From Entomortierella parvispora E1425 (Eukaryota; Fungi; Mortierellomycota), in the NCBI GenBank assembly GCA_020891255.1, contig BQFW01000004.1, positions 248,001-312,000 of the forward strand: 64,000 nucleotides of DNA. The letters run 5' to 3'. Position numbers and translations under genes: made by a program. Below the pieces are notes generated by a model that worked only from the letters and a program-made list of their open reading frames with translations, had not been told where the DNA came from and ran no database searches. Below are positions 1 to 11,665 of this stretch, piece after piece (the first letter of the stretch is position 1; the number at the start of each line of letters is the position of its first letter).

Positions 1-86
1 GAAAGGAAAAAAGAAGATGCAGACCAGAGCAGAGAGGAGGACAAACAGAACACAAAGCATTCATATAAAGAGACTGAGCAAACATA

Positions 87-112
87 ACACACACACACAC
101 ACACACACACAC
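87..112. repeat. (AC)n microsatellite
   Basis: Direct reading. Confidence 0.9.
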
Positions 113-303
113 GCGTGCAGGCTCGGAAACAACGCACGAGCACGAGAGAGAGAGAGAGACAGACAGAGAAAGAGATAGCGAGACAGGAGATGCAGCGAGA
201 CAGACAGGCAAGGTCAATTGCGCCGACAGGGGCAAAGAAAGACAACAAACAGGGCACAGACAACCGAGAGTTGGAGTAAAAATACATCCCGCGTGGGCCA
301 GAC

Positions 304-355
304 CCAGCCAACCAGCCAACCAGCCAACCAGCCAGCCAGCCAGCCAGCCAGCCAG
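304..355. repeat. CCAG / CCAGCCAA tandem repeat
   Basis: Direct reading. Confidence 0.85.
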
Positions 356-998
356 GTCAGAGAAACATAACTGCATGTAGGTCAGAGACAGCAAGAAGGC
401 AGGACAGGGCAGGGCAGTCGCAGGCACACAAGAAGGACAGAGACAGAAATAGAAAACAGAACAGGGCAGGGCAGGGGAGGAGAGAGCACAAAGATCTCTC
501 TCTTTTTTTTTTTTTCTTCTTCTTTCTCTCTTTCATTCCTTCTTGTTCTCGTCATCCATCCTTCCTTCTGTCTGTCTGTCTGTCCATCCACCCCCCCTGT
601 TTCCCTTTTGATTCCCACCTCTCTCAGTCTCTCCTACTTCATTGTCCACTCTCCATTGTTCTTGTCCTTCCTTGGCTATAACTATAGTTCCTGCTCCCTT
701 GTCCTTCCATCGCTCCATCTCCGCCCCTCTCTCTCATCCCTGCACACCCACATCACTCGCACACACTGCTTCCTTCCTTCACTCAAAAGAGCAGGACAGA
801 GCCCAGCAAAAAAAAAAAAAAAAAAGTTAATCAAGGCATCCATCCATCCATCCTTTCTTCCTTCCTTCCTTCCTTCCTCTTTCCTTCCATCTGTCTCTTT
901 CTTTCTTTCGTTCATTTCATTCCCTTCTCCCGCTTGATTCTCCTCTCTTCTCTTGCCCCGTTCCATTCGACCTATTCGTCCATCACAAGTCAACGGTC

Positions 999-2285
999 AT
1001 GAAGCGGTTCTCGTCGCTTCACACCATCATTGGCCTCTCGGTCCTGGTGGTCATTTGGTTGGGATACACCAACTTCCGGTTACAGCGTAAGGAGAGCGTC
1101 ATGGTCCATCTCGCTGCAATCTCTGTGTTGGCTAGCAGCTCCGGAGAAGGAATAGAAACCAGGCTTGTTTGACTAACACCGTTCCCCGTCTCTCTCTTTC
1201 ATTTCCCGTACTGGTTTACCTGGCTGGCCTTTTTGTCGGACGTATCACAACCCATCATTTCAAACAACAACAACAACGACGACGAATAACATGGGTATTC
1301 ACATCAACCAGGAGACAGCTCGAATTCATCCGCCCATAGACCAGTAACACACGGCACTATCGAGGAACAATATATCAATCGGAATCCCGTCGATGCAGAG
1401 CGGGAGCTGACCCTGTCACCGGATGATCGCCAGTCTTCCCCCTTGGAGACCTTGCAGAAAACCTTTACCATCGTCACCGCCGCCTCCTCCAACCATTTCT
1501 GTGCCCTCGAGTCTTTTCTTTATTCCATGTCCGAGGTCCTGGATGGTCTGGAGCGCACAGAGCTCCGTCCCACCCTGGTCGTCTACAATCTCGGAGGCAT
1601 GACAACAGAGCAGATGGAGAGGCTGGAATACCTAAAGACGAGTTTGTACATTGACGAGTACCATACGTTCGATTACTCGAAATATCCTGCCTTTTGGGAT
1701 ATTACGGTCGCACGAGGAGAATATGGTTGGAAGGCAGGTATTATCAAGGAGGTCGCAGACAAATACAAGGGTTTGATCCTCTGGCTGGATTCCGGCAACA
1801 TGTTGGCGTTGGACTTTTTGAGGTATTTACCCGGATACCTGGCCAAGCATGGATTCTGGAGCCCTCGATCCTCCGGCACGTTTTTGCAATACACCCACGC
1901 CGGTCTGCCAGCGTACTATGGCGACGATGTGGAAAACTATGCTCAAGAATCCAACTGCAATGGAGCCGCGATCGCGTTTGATGCCTCGAACGAAAAGGTG
2001 GCCAAGGGATTGCTGCAGAGCTGGTTCGACTGTTCCAAGGACAGGAACTGTATTGCACCCGAGGGCAGTTCTCGCTCGAACCATCGACAGGATCAGGCTG
2101 CCTTGACCTATCTTGCCAAGCGGTTGAGATACCTGGAACAGTGTCAACAGTTCCCGGAACATTATGGTGTCACCGTGCATCAGGACAAGGTCTGCCAGGA
2201 GAGGATACGGGCGTACAAGATCATGAAGGGCCTCACTGAACCTACCGACGATGAAGCAAGCGTCGAGGATGACGATGACGAGTAA
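999..2285 (+). CDS. DUF1647-like, putative glycosyltransferase-fold type II membrane protein (2 exons: 999-1086, 1312-2285)
   Basis: The ATG at 999 encodes a basic-then-hydrophobic anchor (MKRFSSLHTIIGLSVLVVIWLG). A GTAAGG donor at 1087 and a CAG acceptor at 1311 keep the frame. Motifs TIVTAASSNHF, VVYNLG, YGWKAGIIKE, LWLDSGN and SNHRQDQAAL resemble DUF1647. Confidence 0.7.
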
Positions 2286-3018
2286 AAAGAGAACAAAGGG
2301 CGGAGAAAAAAAATCCAACAACCTGACACCTCAACGCCCAATGGCCTATCCCTCCTCATTCCTCCTACTACTCCTTTATTTTATTGTAATTTCTTCCCCC
2401 CAACTCTTCATCCCCCTCCTCCCCTACCGCCCTTTTTTTTTTTGTAGAAACAAAAACGAATCCCGCGTGTTACCTCATTCCCAACATAGACCAAAAAAGA
2501 ACCCAATTTCATTTTTCATCCCAAAAAAAAAATCCAAAAACAAAACAAAAATGTCTCCGTGGGGGGGTAACGACCATGAGCCAACCCAAGTTTGCGCGTG
2601 GGGCTGGGTACTGTAGGAGAAGAAAGGGGCGGATACAAATATCATCTACAGGGCCGGGGGTATATTGATTCGTTGATACTGGGAGCCCATCATCTTTGTC
2701 AGATTCTCTTTTTTTTCCGAATGCAGGATAAAGCAAGAGCAAAGAGCAAAGAGGGAAAAAAACAAAACAAAAAAAACAAACACCATTACTTTGTCATAGA
2801 TACAACTGCATGTTAGCTGGCTGGTTACCAAGGAGCGGACTGAAAAAAAAGGCGGAAAAATAAGAGAGGAGAGCTCATGTCCAGACCCGACAGATCCTCC
2901 CAATTCCTCTCTCTTTTCGTTGTGAAGTCAATGTTGTTTTTGTGCTCTTTAGAGTTTTTTTTTTTTTTACGACCTTTGAATGTTTTTCTTTTTATCCGGG
3001 AGGACGTGATACAGGGAT

Positions 3019-3990
3019 TTATGGCTTGAACTCTTGAAGGGGGCGAGCATTGTAGCCCTGAAGATCAATCAAGGCACGAGGTTGTTCGAGGCCGATCGGG
3101 TAGGAATTGTGCATCACGGTTCCAATACACATGCTCGGAACAAGGAGGGGTCGTTAAGGACCCCTGGTATTCCCACCGGGGCGAGAACCTGCCAATGACC
3201 CTGAAGAGTGGGCTCAGGTCCGGAGACGAGACCTTGACCTCGATCGTCTTTGCATCATCACGCGTGGTCTCTTTGCCGCTGCAGACTTCATCCTCATGAG
3301 GGGCTGCTCGAGCCTCTAGCTTTTTTTCTCAGACTCTTTGCTCAGTCTCCACCATTTGCGTGTTCTCGTTCGCTTCTTCATCATCCCCATCTCCTCCCCT
3401 TCATCGTCTTCTTCCTCTTTTGCCTCGGGATCCTTCTTTTCCTCCACACCCTCGGAATGATTGACCTCCCCCCCCCCCCCCCCGGGGGGTCAAAAGCTTG
3501 CTCGAACCTTGGCATTTTATTGTACAGAGCATGCAACAAGACCACGGCCATGGCGACCTGTCCGTCCGCGGATTGATGGACCAGATGCATCTCTGCGTCG
3601 GCATGCCGGTTTATTGATGCGGTGTTCTGACGGTGCATGGAAATAAAGCTACACGAGATCAAAGCTCTGGGCCGAGAGCACGATCGAGTTGTGATGGGAT
3701 GTGTTTTCGTTCCGTTCTCAATCCACCTCGACCATATGCCCGTTCCAGTGGGACGACGGCCTGTTGAATTGGCTTGTAGTCGTACAGGCGCGGGGACCTT
3801 GTTGCAGTTCATAAAGGTGTCCAGACTGTTACCGTCCATGTTGATGGGTGATGGGTGGCTTCCAGCCTCGCAGGGTTTGTATTTGGTGCCCCAATGCGTA
3901 GGACCGCTGGGATCCGGCACCCTACTTGAGTGGGTCGAGGAATTCATGATCCAGGAATAATCGGCCCATGGGGTGTGACCATACAAAAAA
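3019..3990 (-). pseudogene. Alpha-carbonic anhydrase pseudogene (5' end uncertain)
   Basis: Fragments GPTHWG..SPIN, YKP..WNGH, FHAPSEHRIN, HADAEMHLVH, PRWEYQGSLTTPPC and YNARPLQ align with the intact CA at 5353-6473 across different frames. There are at least four +1 frameshifts and stops at 3718-3720 (TGA at Trp) and 3649-3651 (TAG at Gln), and the first Zn-ligand His is changed to Tyr. Confidence 0.85.
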
Positions 3991-5352
3991 AAAAAAAAAA
4001 AAAAAAAAAGAAAATGGACGTTCAAATGTTTTTGAGGTTAGGTAAGGGACAGACAAGGTTTCAAGGAATGCAGGAGAACGAAGGCGCAGTTTTTTTTTGG
4101 GAAGGGGAAACGCGTCTTTCCTAGAAATTGAATGTGCTGACCATGGCCAGCGGAAACATTCAAGGTTTTTCTTTTTGGGCGCAGACACAATAATGACCCG
4201 AGAAGGGGGGATGGGCAGGAACCAGTAAGTTTAGTCATTGATAAACCTTGAAGAGTCAATGAACTTGCCTTCACTCACGAGACCGTTCAAACGTTCTTTT
4301 AAGGACTGAACACCGTGGTGGCGGTGGATCTTTGCATTGCCGCGTTATTTGTGTATATATCCACCAGGGACAAGGCAAGGACGGGAGCGGCTAGGAATGG
4401 ATAGATGGCAACAAGAGTGCACTAGAAAGTCTCTGGAGGGACTTACATCTTAATCAATTGAGGAGTTTTCGACTTGTGAGGCTCGGATAGGCTTCTGCTC
4501 TTACTTCTCTGCGGCCGACACTGCGAGGACCAAGGCCAAGGACCTTCATGGGACTGTCAAAAGGGGTGGTTGCGATTAGGGAGAGAATGAACAAATGTGC
4601 CCAAGACGAAGCTAGAGAAAGTACAAAAACTAGAGGAAGGAGAAAAAGGAGGGCGATGAGAAAAAGAGAGAGGAAGGAAGGAAGCTAAGGGGAAAAAAAA
4701 GAGGCCACTATCCCCCATCTTGGAGGTTCAGTTTTGACAATGAAAGGCCTTCGACTGATCGAAACCTCAAGTCCTTATGTTGACGGCCTCAAGGGCACAG
4801 AACGAGAGAGGGTATTTGTCAATCGATTCCATCTACCCAATGTAAGGGGCCAGAGACGAAAGGATGACGGTGGGGCGGCAGTGAATTCTCAGCAGATATT
4901 GCGCCGCCAAAAATCGAGGCAGCACGTGACGCATGCATTGGACGCGTCCGATCCTAGCGGTACAAAGGTTTGGGACAGGCAGCTTTTTTTTTCACCTGAC
5001 TTACTTTACCTTTCTTTTCGCGGATCTTCATACACCCCTGATCAAACAACCTCGGCAGATACTCTCCTGTCGGCAATTCGTAGATGCACAGAACAAGTTT
5101 TAGGTGATCACTACGATTCCATGCTTCGGTCATTTCAATCTTTTTTTAAATGGATTTGCAAGGATGATGAAAAGCCAACATGCATGTGCCATGATACGGT
5201 GATATATGGTTTCTAGATAAAAGTCGTTATAGATCTACTAGTCCCGGCAGGATGGTATTTTTCGTTGCACGTCAAGGACTCTACTGACGTACTGACGCTT
5301 GTTGCTCTTTTTTTTTTGTTCAAACAACAAGAATGAGCTGACGCTTTAGGTT

Positions 5353-6473
5353 TTACTGCTTGACTTCAGGTCGATCCTGCAAGAACCGAGCATTGAAACC
5401 TTCCAAATCGACCAAAGCATTAAACTGCTGCAATCCCAAGCCAATGCTGGTCTGGACCACATTCCAGGCCACACCCTCTGTGCAAGGAGGGGTCGTCAAG
5501 CTGCCCTCGTACTCCCAACGGGGGGTGAACGCCTGTGTGGCCTTGATCAAGGGCTGGAAATCGACCTTGCGGACCATGTACTTGATCTGTTCCTTGCCCT
5601 GCACCTCCGCCCCCGACTTTTCGTCCTTGACCAAGAACCCATGTCCCTTCTCGGCCATATCCACCTTCTTGTCCAACGCCGTGATCCACTCAAAGAAAGG
5701 GTTGGCCTTTTCTTGCACCTCCAACAAGATCCCCACGACGGCCAAAGCACCCGATGCTTTGTGCTGATGGACCAAATGCAACTCTGCGTCTGCGAAGTGG
5801 TTGTTGATACGGTGTTCGGACGGGGAGTGGAAATGGAATTGGATCAGGTCATAGACCTTGTGCTTGATCTGGATCGACTGGGCATGAGCGGCCGACGGCA
5901 CGGTCGAGTTCCAGTCGCATTGGACGGCGTGGCCGTTGTAACCGCAGTAGACGTTATGAAGCGGCTTGTAGGTCAGGGCGGTGAAGGTCTTTCTTTGAAG
6001 ATGCACATACGGCGCGCCCACCACAATGTCAATGGGGGATTGCTCGTGGCCAGTGCCGCACGTGCCATAGAGAGGGTCCAGAGTGCCTGCGATATAGAAG
6101 TAGAATAGAATGTGAGCAAGAGCAAGAAAAAAAAAAAGAGGAATAAAACTGACTGAGGGAGCCCAGACATGGGTCGTTTGTTTAATGGTGCCATTTCCAA
6201 GAAACACGAGGTTTCCTTACCCCAGTGCTGTGGCCCAGCATTGTCTTGACCATACTAGAGGGAAGCAAGAACGGGACAACAAGAAGGAGAAGGAGGAAGT
6301 TACGAGGCAAAATCTCACAAGGTCGATAGGAGACCACGGGCGATCCTCCGCTTTACCGTTCAATGGTTTCTATCAGTCCTTTTACTTACAGTCCAGTGAG
6401 TGCCGGGGGCGGCGGCCGAGACCATTGAAACAACGGCGGCAGTGATGGCCAGTGTAGCAGTCAGAAACTTCAT
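5353..6473 (-). CDS. Secreted alpha-carbonic anhydrase (3 exons: 6473-6390, 6254-6221, 6086-5353)
   Basis: Signal peptide MKFLTATLAITAAVVSMVSA. Motifs GPQHWG, C..G..QSPIDI, NGH, QFHFHSPSEH, ELHLVH and YEGSLTTPPCTEGV. GT-AG introns are in frame. Confidence 0.93.
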
Positions 6474-8690
6474 TTTGCTGTGTGCGTAGGTATGAACTTT
6501 TCTGTAGACCATTGCGAAAATGAAAAAAAGAAAAAAGTTAGGTGCCTGCTGATTCAACACCGTAGCAAGGTCAAGGAAAAGGAGAAACAGACACAACGAC
6601 ACGCGTCGATTCACACCTCAAAAAGATGGATAGATGTTGCGTATAGGATATGAGAATTGTGAAAGTAATGAATGTAAGAAATGAGGAAGCCGTGGCAGTT
6701 GTGAAGGTGATAGACAGTGAAAGGGTTGGGACGGATGATGAAAGAAAAGAGTGGATGTTCAGAAATGAAGCCAACATTTAAAGAGATGGCAAAGTTGGAC
6801 AGATTCCAGGCGAAGCGAGGGATCGGGATAGGGGGCTACCCAAAACCGTTCCTCCGCCAAACAGTTTTGGCAATGCTTCTTCCTCCCAACCACGCCCTCA
6901 CCCGCCCAATGCGTTCGCTAAAAGCACACGCGCGCCCGCCCATTGTTCCCGGGGTGGAGTAGAGTCGACAGGGGGAGAGGTTTTTGTTGCAGTTTTTGTA
7001 CAACCACGAACCTCATTTTCGCTCTATTAGAAAAAATCTATTCTTGTCCCCTCACCCAGCCGCGCCATCTTGGGGGTAATGTCAAGGACAAGAAAGAGCT
7101 GAACAAAGAAGAGACGATCGAATAAGGGCTGGGAGAATAGGGAGATGGAAGGGACAGAACACTGGCGCGTATGCATTGCCCTCACGGAGGTGCTTTTAAG
7201 GATATGACCCAAAAAATTATTAAAATAAATGGGCAAGCCTTATCAGCAGGGGGTCGAGTCCTGTACCTACCTGCTGTATATACGGATGCGAGAAAGGGTG
7301 GAAACGAAAGGTAGTGGAGAGAATAGGACAATGGAATAAAAGTGGAGAGCAAGGGAGGAAACACAGAGAGGAAAAAGAGTGAAAAATGGCTTTGTATTTA
7401 TACGCGCACTTTCTACGAACAGTTCCGTGTCGGTGTAGCGTCGCCCGGTCCAACCGCCTGCCAGACTTGGACAGGTCAACAGGGGATTGTCTAGGCCCTT
7501 TTTGAAGAAGGTCTCAGGCCGAGGATCCAGGAACACATAGAATCGACTCCCACAGCAACAAGCGTGAGGCACCAAAGACTTTCTTTGGTCTAGGATTCCT
7601 CTTCCGCCATCTCCTCGGGGAGGGGCAATTGCACAGCGGCCGAACATGCAAGTAGAGAGCGATGGCCTTGCAGATGGCCATCGTGTAGTTGTCAGGAACG
7701 CCACATCGGCAGCCATCACTCTTTGCATGCATATTCCATTTGCCAGTGTAAGAGAAATAACAAAAGGATGCATGTTTTTATTGGTGATGAAAGAGGGAAC
7801 AAAAGAATCGAAGAATGAAAGGGCAAACCTCGACAGATCGATATCAAATGAAAAAAAAAGTACATCCTGCCAAGGTTGAAAACTGGTCCAATCTCGGCTC
7901 TGCCCTGATTCACGGACACAGGATACATAGGATGGACGAAAAAGAGGAGCAACGCGTCCGTGGTACTGTACCTCTTTTCTCTTTTTTGTTTCTTTTTTTT
8001 TTTTCTTTTGCTTTTGTCTGAGTGCTCAAAAATTTGTACCTCCAGTTCCATTACCCGGTAATTTGTGTCGAAACTTTTTAGGTTGGTCGCACTGAAGTTC
8101 GCCCCCCGCCCTTCCATTGCAGGTACCCGGAAGGAGGAACTGTTGAGGATCAATCCACGGAAAACAAAGGAAGACCAGGAAGAACAAACAAAAAGAAAAA
8201 CCGAGTCTGAACCCAATTACCAGTAAGAGCTATCTCAAAACCAAAAGGAATCTCGGGAAGGGTCCGATCCAGTCACTCGTTCGTTTATCCCTATGATTTC
8301 TATGAACGTCAAGAGGGATCACGACATCATCTACGACCGTACTTCTCGATCGATAGAACCTCTGGTCTTGTCTCACACAACGAACGGTCTGTCATGGGAC
8401 ATGCAAGCAACTTGTTTTGATATTGCACGAGTCTAGACCCGAGACAATACGCGTACGATTTATTTTCATCAAGGATGAGATACGAAAGAAAGCGGAAACA
8501 GATGGCAACCACGCGATAAATACCGATTGTAATATTCTTGCAAAAGGGAAACGAAAGAAGGTAAAGACGGGGAGTATCGCAATTCTCTCCAGAGATTTGA
8601 CTATCGTATCAAAACGGCGTGTCACTTGTTTGATGACAGGCTGGCAGACCAGGATCAAAGATATTCAGCAAGAGATGCCAAGTATGGCTC

Positions 8691-10820
8691 TTAGAAATAG
8701 TGTCGCCCCATCACCATCACAGCATTCGCCTCAGCCTCGGCTTCAGGGCCTAGATGTTATTGATCAATGTTTGTTAGAAATTGGTGGAGTGTAAAGTACA
8801 ACAGAGGCCAAACGCAGCACTTACCGTATCGCTCTCGAATAAAGGCCTTGAGGCGAAGGTTCTCTTGAAACACCATGTCCATATTCGCCTGGTCTGGTCC
8901 AGAATAGTAGGGGAGGATCGATAAGACAGAGGACGTCGACAACATCGTCTTGGATTCAAGAAACGAGGGCCAGATGTGACAAGTGTCTGTCTGGGTGCAG
9001 CTAAATGCCACCCGGTCGCCTTCATAAGCAAAATCCTGGATGTCTGGAATGTATGGTGTCGTTCCTTCATCTGGGCATGCCATCGACTCTGAAATTAAGC
9101 ACGCGCTCGTATCGAGAGACTCCCGCACAGGCTGAACATCACTCTCAGGATTGGATTTACTCGAGAGATCCTCCTCGGATGGCGCCTGGTCAATTTGGCC
9201 TGAAGGGAATTGGAGTGGAATCGGAGATGACGAACCCATAAAGTATGGACCCTGACTCAAAGCATCCGATGAACCTGACGACGGCTGGTCCCAACTGAAG
9301 AACTGTTGGTACCACGAAGTTGGCGAGGGAAGAGTCATGGTACCTATTGGCAACTGTGTTGCTGCGTCACTTGTCCCAGGATCATACCCGAAAACTGGCT
9401 TGCCAGTACTGGTAAACGAGAGTTGCAGTGCTGAAGAGGGTATCGACACTGGCATCGGCGTCATGGGTGCTGTGAGCTGAAGTATGTTTGTCTTTTGATC
9501 CTCCGAAGCTGAACCCGCCTGTCGAAAAGTAGGCGTGTCATAAGCAACCGCTCCCTGCCCCGGATAGGTTTGAATGCTCTTCGATCCTGCTGATAGTTCA
9601 AACATATCAGACTTCGTTATCGGTTGTTCTCGAAGAGTCGAAGGCGCCTTTGACTTTTGCGACAATGGTCGAGACCGGTGACTTTGGCGGAGTGGTCTCT
9701 TGTAGAGCGCCGAATCGAGTGTTGTCTGAATTTCATGAGTGGACGATCTGTTTTCCGGAGTCCTTAATGTCGCACTGGGGGAGTCTTCACGCATTTCGAT
9801 CTTGATTGCCATGTTATCGAGCTCTCGAACGGGTGCCATCGTGTTGTCGCCATTCATAAATTGCTTGGTGCGACTACGAGTGACCACCCGCGAATCCGAT
9901 CCATCGAAAAAGAGAGGGTTGTAGCTCCTACCATGGTCTTCCGATTCTTCAGCTCCCTCGTTGTTGCCTTTGATGACAATTTCTTCGCCTTCGCTGCAAG
10001 AATCGCCTCCATGATATGACCCTGAGCGCTTCGAACGCGGCCTGAGCTTGGAGGAGTCGAACGAACTCGATGCCTCTCTAGAATCAGAGGGCGATCGCTG
10101 GATGCTATCCCTGAAGCCTTTGGCATGTGGGTTGTAACCCTTCTTGAGATCGTTGACCCTGAAATTTTGGTAGTGGGTCACGGCCATAAAAGCGGTCCGA
10201 TCAAATGTGAAGGTTGTCGAGGCGATGATGGCGCGGCGTTGATCCGAGCGTTGCACCAAATGAACTCGAGGCCGGTATCGGTGGAAAGATGTCAAGTGAA
10301 AGATGTGGCTGCTGGTCGCTGGTGGGTTCTTGCTGCGCTTCCGAGTCTGCGTGGCGGCCTCTGGGATCTTGTTTGTGAGCTTGATCTTTGAAAAAGAAAT
10401 TGTCGTTTGCATCCAGTGAGTTCCAGGCTGGCACAAGTCGGGATGGGTGTAGGTTTCCTGGCGGCGAGCCAGAGAGCTGGTGGTGCTTCCGTCCCGATCC
10501 TCGTCCTCGCTCCTGTCCTCATCATCGTAGTTGGCCGATTTCTTCCAGGGCTGGGCACATTTCCAGGCTCCATCGACAAACCGATACCGTCGCTGGTCCA
10601 TCAGCTCAAAGTCAATGTCAATCGAGTAGATGGTATCTGGCTCCAGGTCCACAGCTTTGAACTGAAGAAGGGGGAACAGACATCGCCCCGACTTTGTGAT
10701 GATCATCTCATTGTCCTCGCGATGAAACATGTCCCAGAGATCGCCATTGACCAGGAGCAGAGACGGCTCAGATCCTGGACGTTTGTTGGACTGACCCAAC
10801 GACTTTTCTTCTCCGGACAT
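8691..10820 (-). CDS. T-box (Brachyury-like) transcription factor (exons 10820-8825, 8749-8691)
   Basis: N-terminal T-box domain: LWDMFH..NEMIITKSGRCLFP, YRFVDGAW, YTHPD, HWM..ISFSKIKLTNK, FHLTSFHRYRPRVH, FMAVTHYQN, NPHAKGFRD. A long S/P/Q-rich C-terminal region follows. The 75-bp intron at 8750-8824 has GTAAGT, CTAAC and TAG signals. Confidence 0.95.
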
Positions 10821-11093
10821 GATGGAGTCGACTGCGATGAAGGATGTAGCTCTGTAGGTGTGTGTTGTTTGTTATAAGAGACAAAGCTGGTGGTCTGAAC
10901 GGGCGTCCAACTTTCTGGACCGAGGAAGGAGGCGACTCTCTAGCCGATCCAAAAAGCAGACGCCACCGGTGACAGAGTTCCTTTATGATGCCGCCGCAAA
11001 GATCCGTGTGATGGCCAGGGGTCCTTGAAAGTCGTTTGGATCAGAAAAGAGACTGGCTCTGTGAACAGATATGTAGCAAAGCAGTGGGGATGA

Positions 11094-11095
<2 letters not shown>

Positions 11096-11128
<33 letters not shown>
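11096..11128. repeat. (GA)n microsatellite in T-box 5' flank
   Basis: Direct reading. Confidence 0.9.
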
Positions 11129-11131
<3 letters not shown>

Positions 11132-11270
11132 GAAAAGACACAAGAGAGAAAAGAAAGAGCTTGTTCGACCTTTGGTTGTGATGTCAAAGTGTGATGGTCG
11201 AGGATTCGATCTGGTCACGTGGTTTAGATATGGATATGTTCTTTTGTTTTTATTGTGGCGTGTTGTTACA

Positions 11271-11330
11271 AGGTCGTGAAAGGTCATGAGTGGTCATAAA
11301 GGGTCGTGAAAAGGTCATGAAAGGTCATCA
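11271..11330. repeat. Array of six ~10-bp direct repeats (consensus AGGTCRTGAA)
   Basis: aggtcgtgaa-aggtcatgag-tggtcataaa-gggtcgtgaa-a-aggtcatgaa-aggtcatca, read directly; about 450 bp upstream of the T-box ATG. Confidence 0.85.
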
Positions 11331-11665
11331 AACAGAGGAGAGAGAGAGGGTGGAAGAGAGACGCGCTCGCCTTTGTTCTTTGTAGCAAAGGAGGGTATAT
11401 GAGGAGAAGAGACGGGTAAATATTTACAGTTGGGACAGGCGGTGTTTGCACACGCTCAGTCCGAGAATGAATGTGCAAAAGTAAAGGAAAAAGACGACAA
11501 ACTGAACGCAGCGACAAGGGCCAGCACGAAGAGAGAAAGCGCAAGAGTAGAGTGGGAGAAGGAAGATGAGGAGTAGGTCAGAAGCAGGCCTCTTTTCTTT
11601 GAGAGGAGCAAAAAAAAAAAAAAAAAAAAAAAGATGAAAAGATTCCATGTCAGAGAGCTGGACAA

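Noticed and set aside
3649-3720. RIP as the cause of the CA pseudogene transitions
   Set aside because: Only three diagnostic changes, no AT enrichment, and the intact paralog is too diverged to trigger RIP.
3381-4025. 214-aa ORF as a functional carbonic anhydrase
   Set aside because: The middle third is read out of the ancestral frame, so the HxH zinc ligands are absent.
4734-5216. 160-aa plus-strand ORF between the CA copies
   Set aside because: No recognisable motif, starts on TTG, no splice support.
11271-11330. Repeat array as CRISPR or nuclear-receptor AGGTCA elements
   Set aside because: No spacers and a eukaryotic context; fungi lack nuclear receptors.
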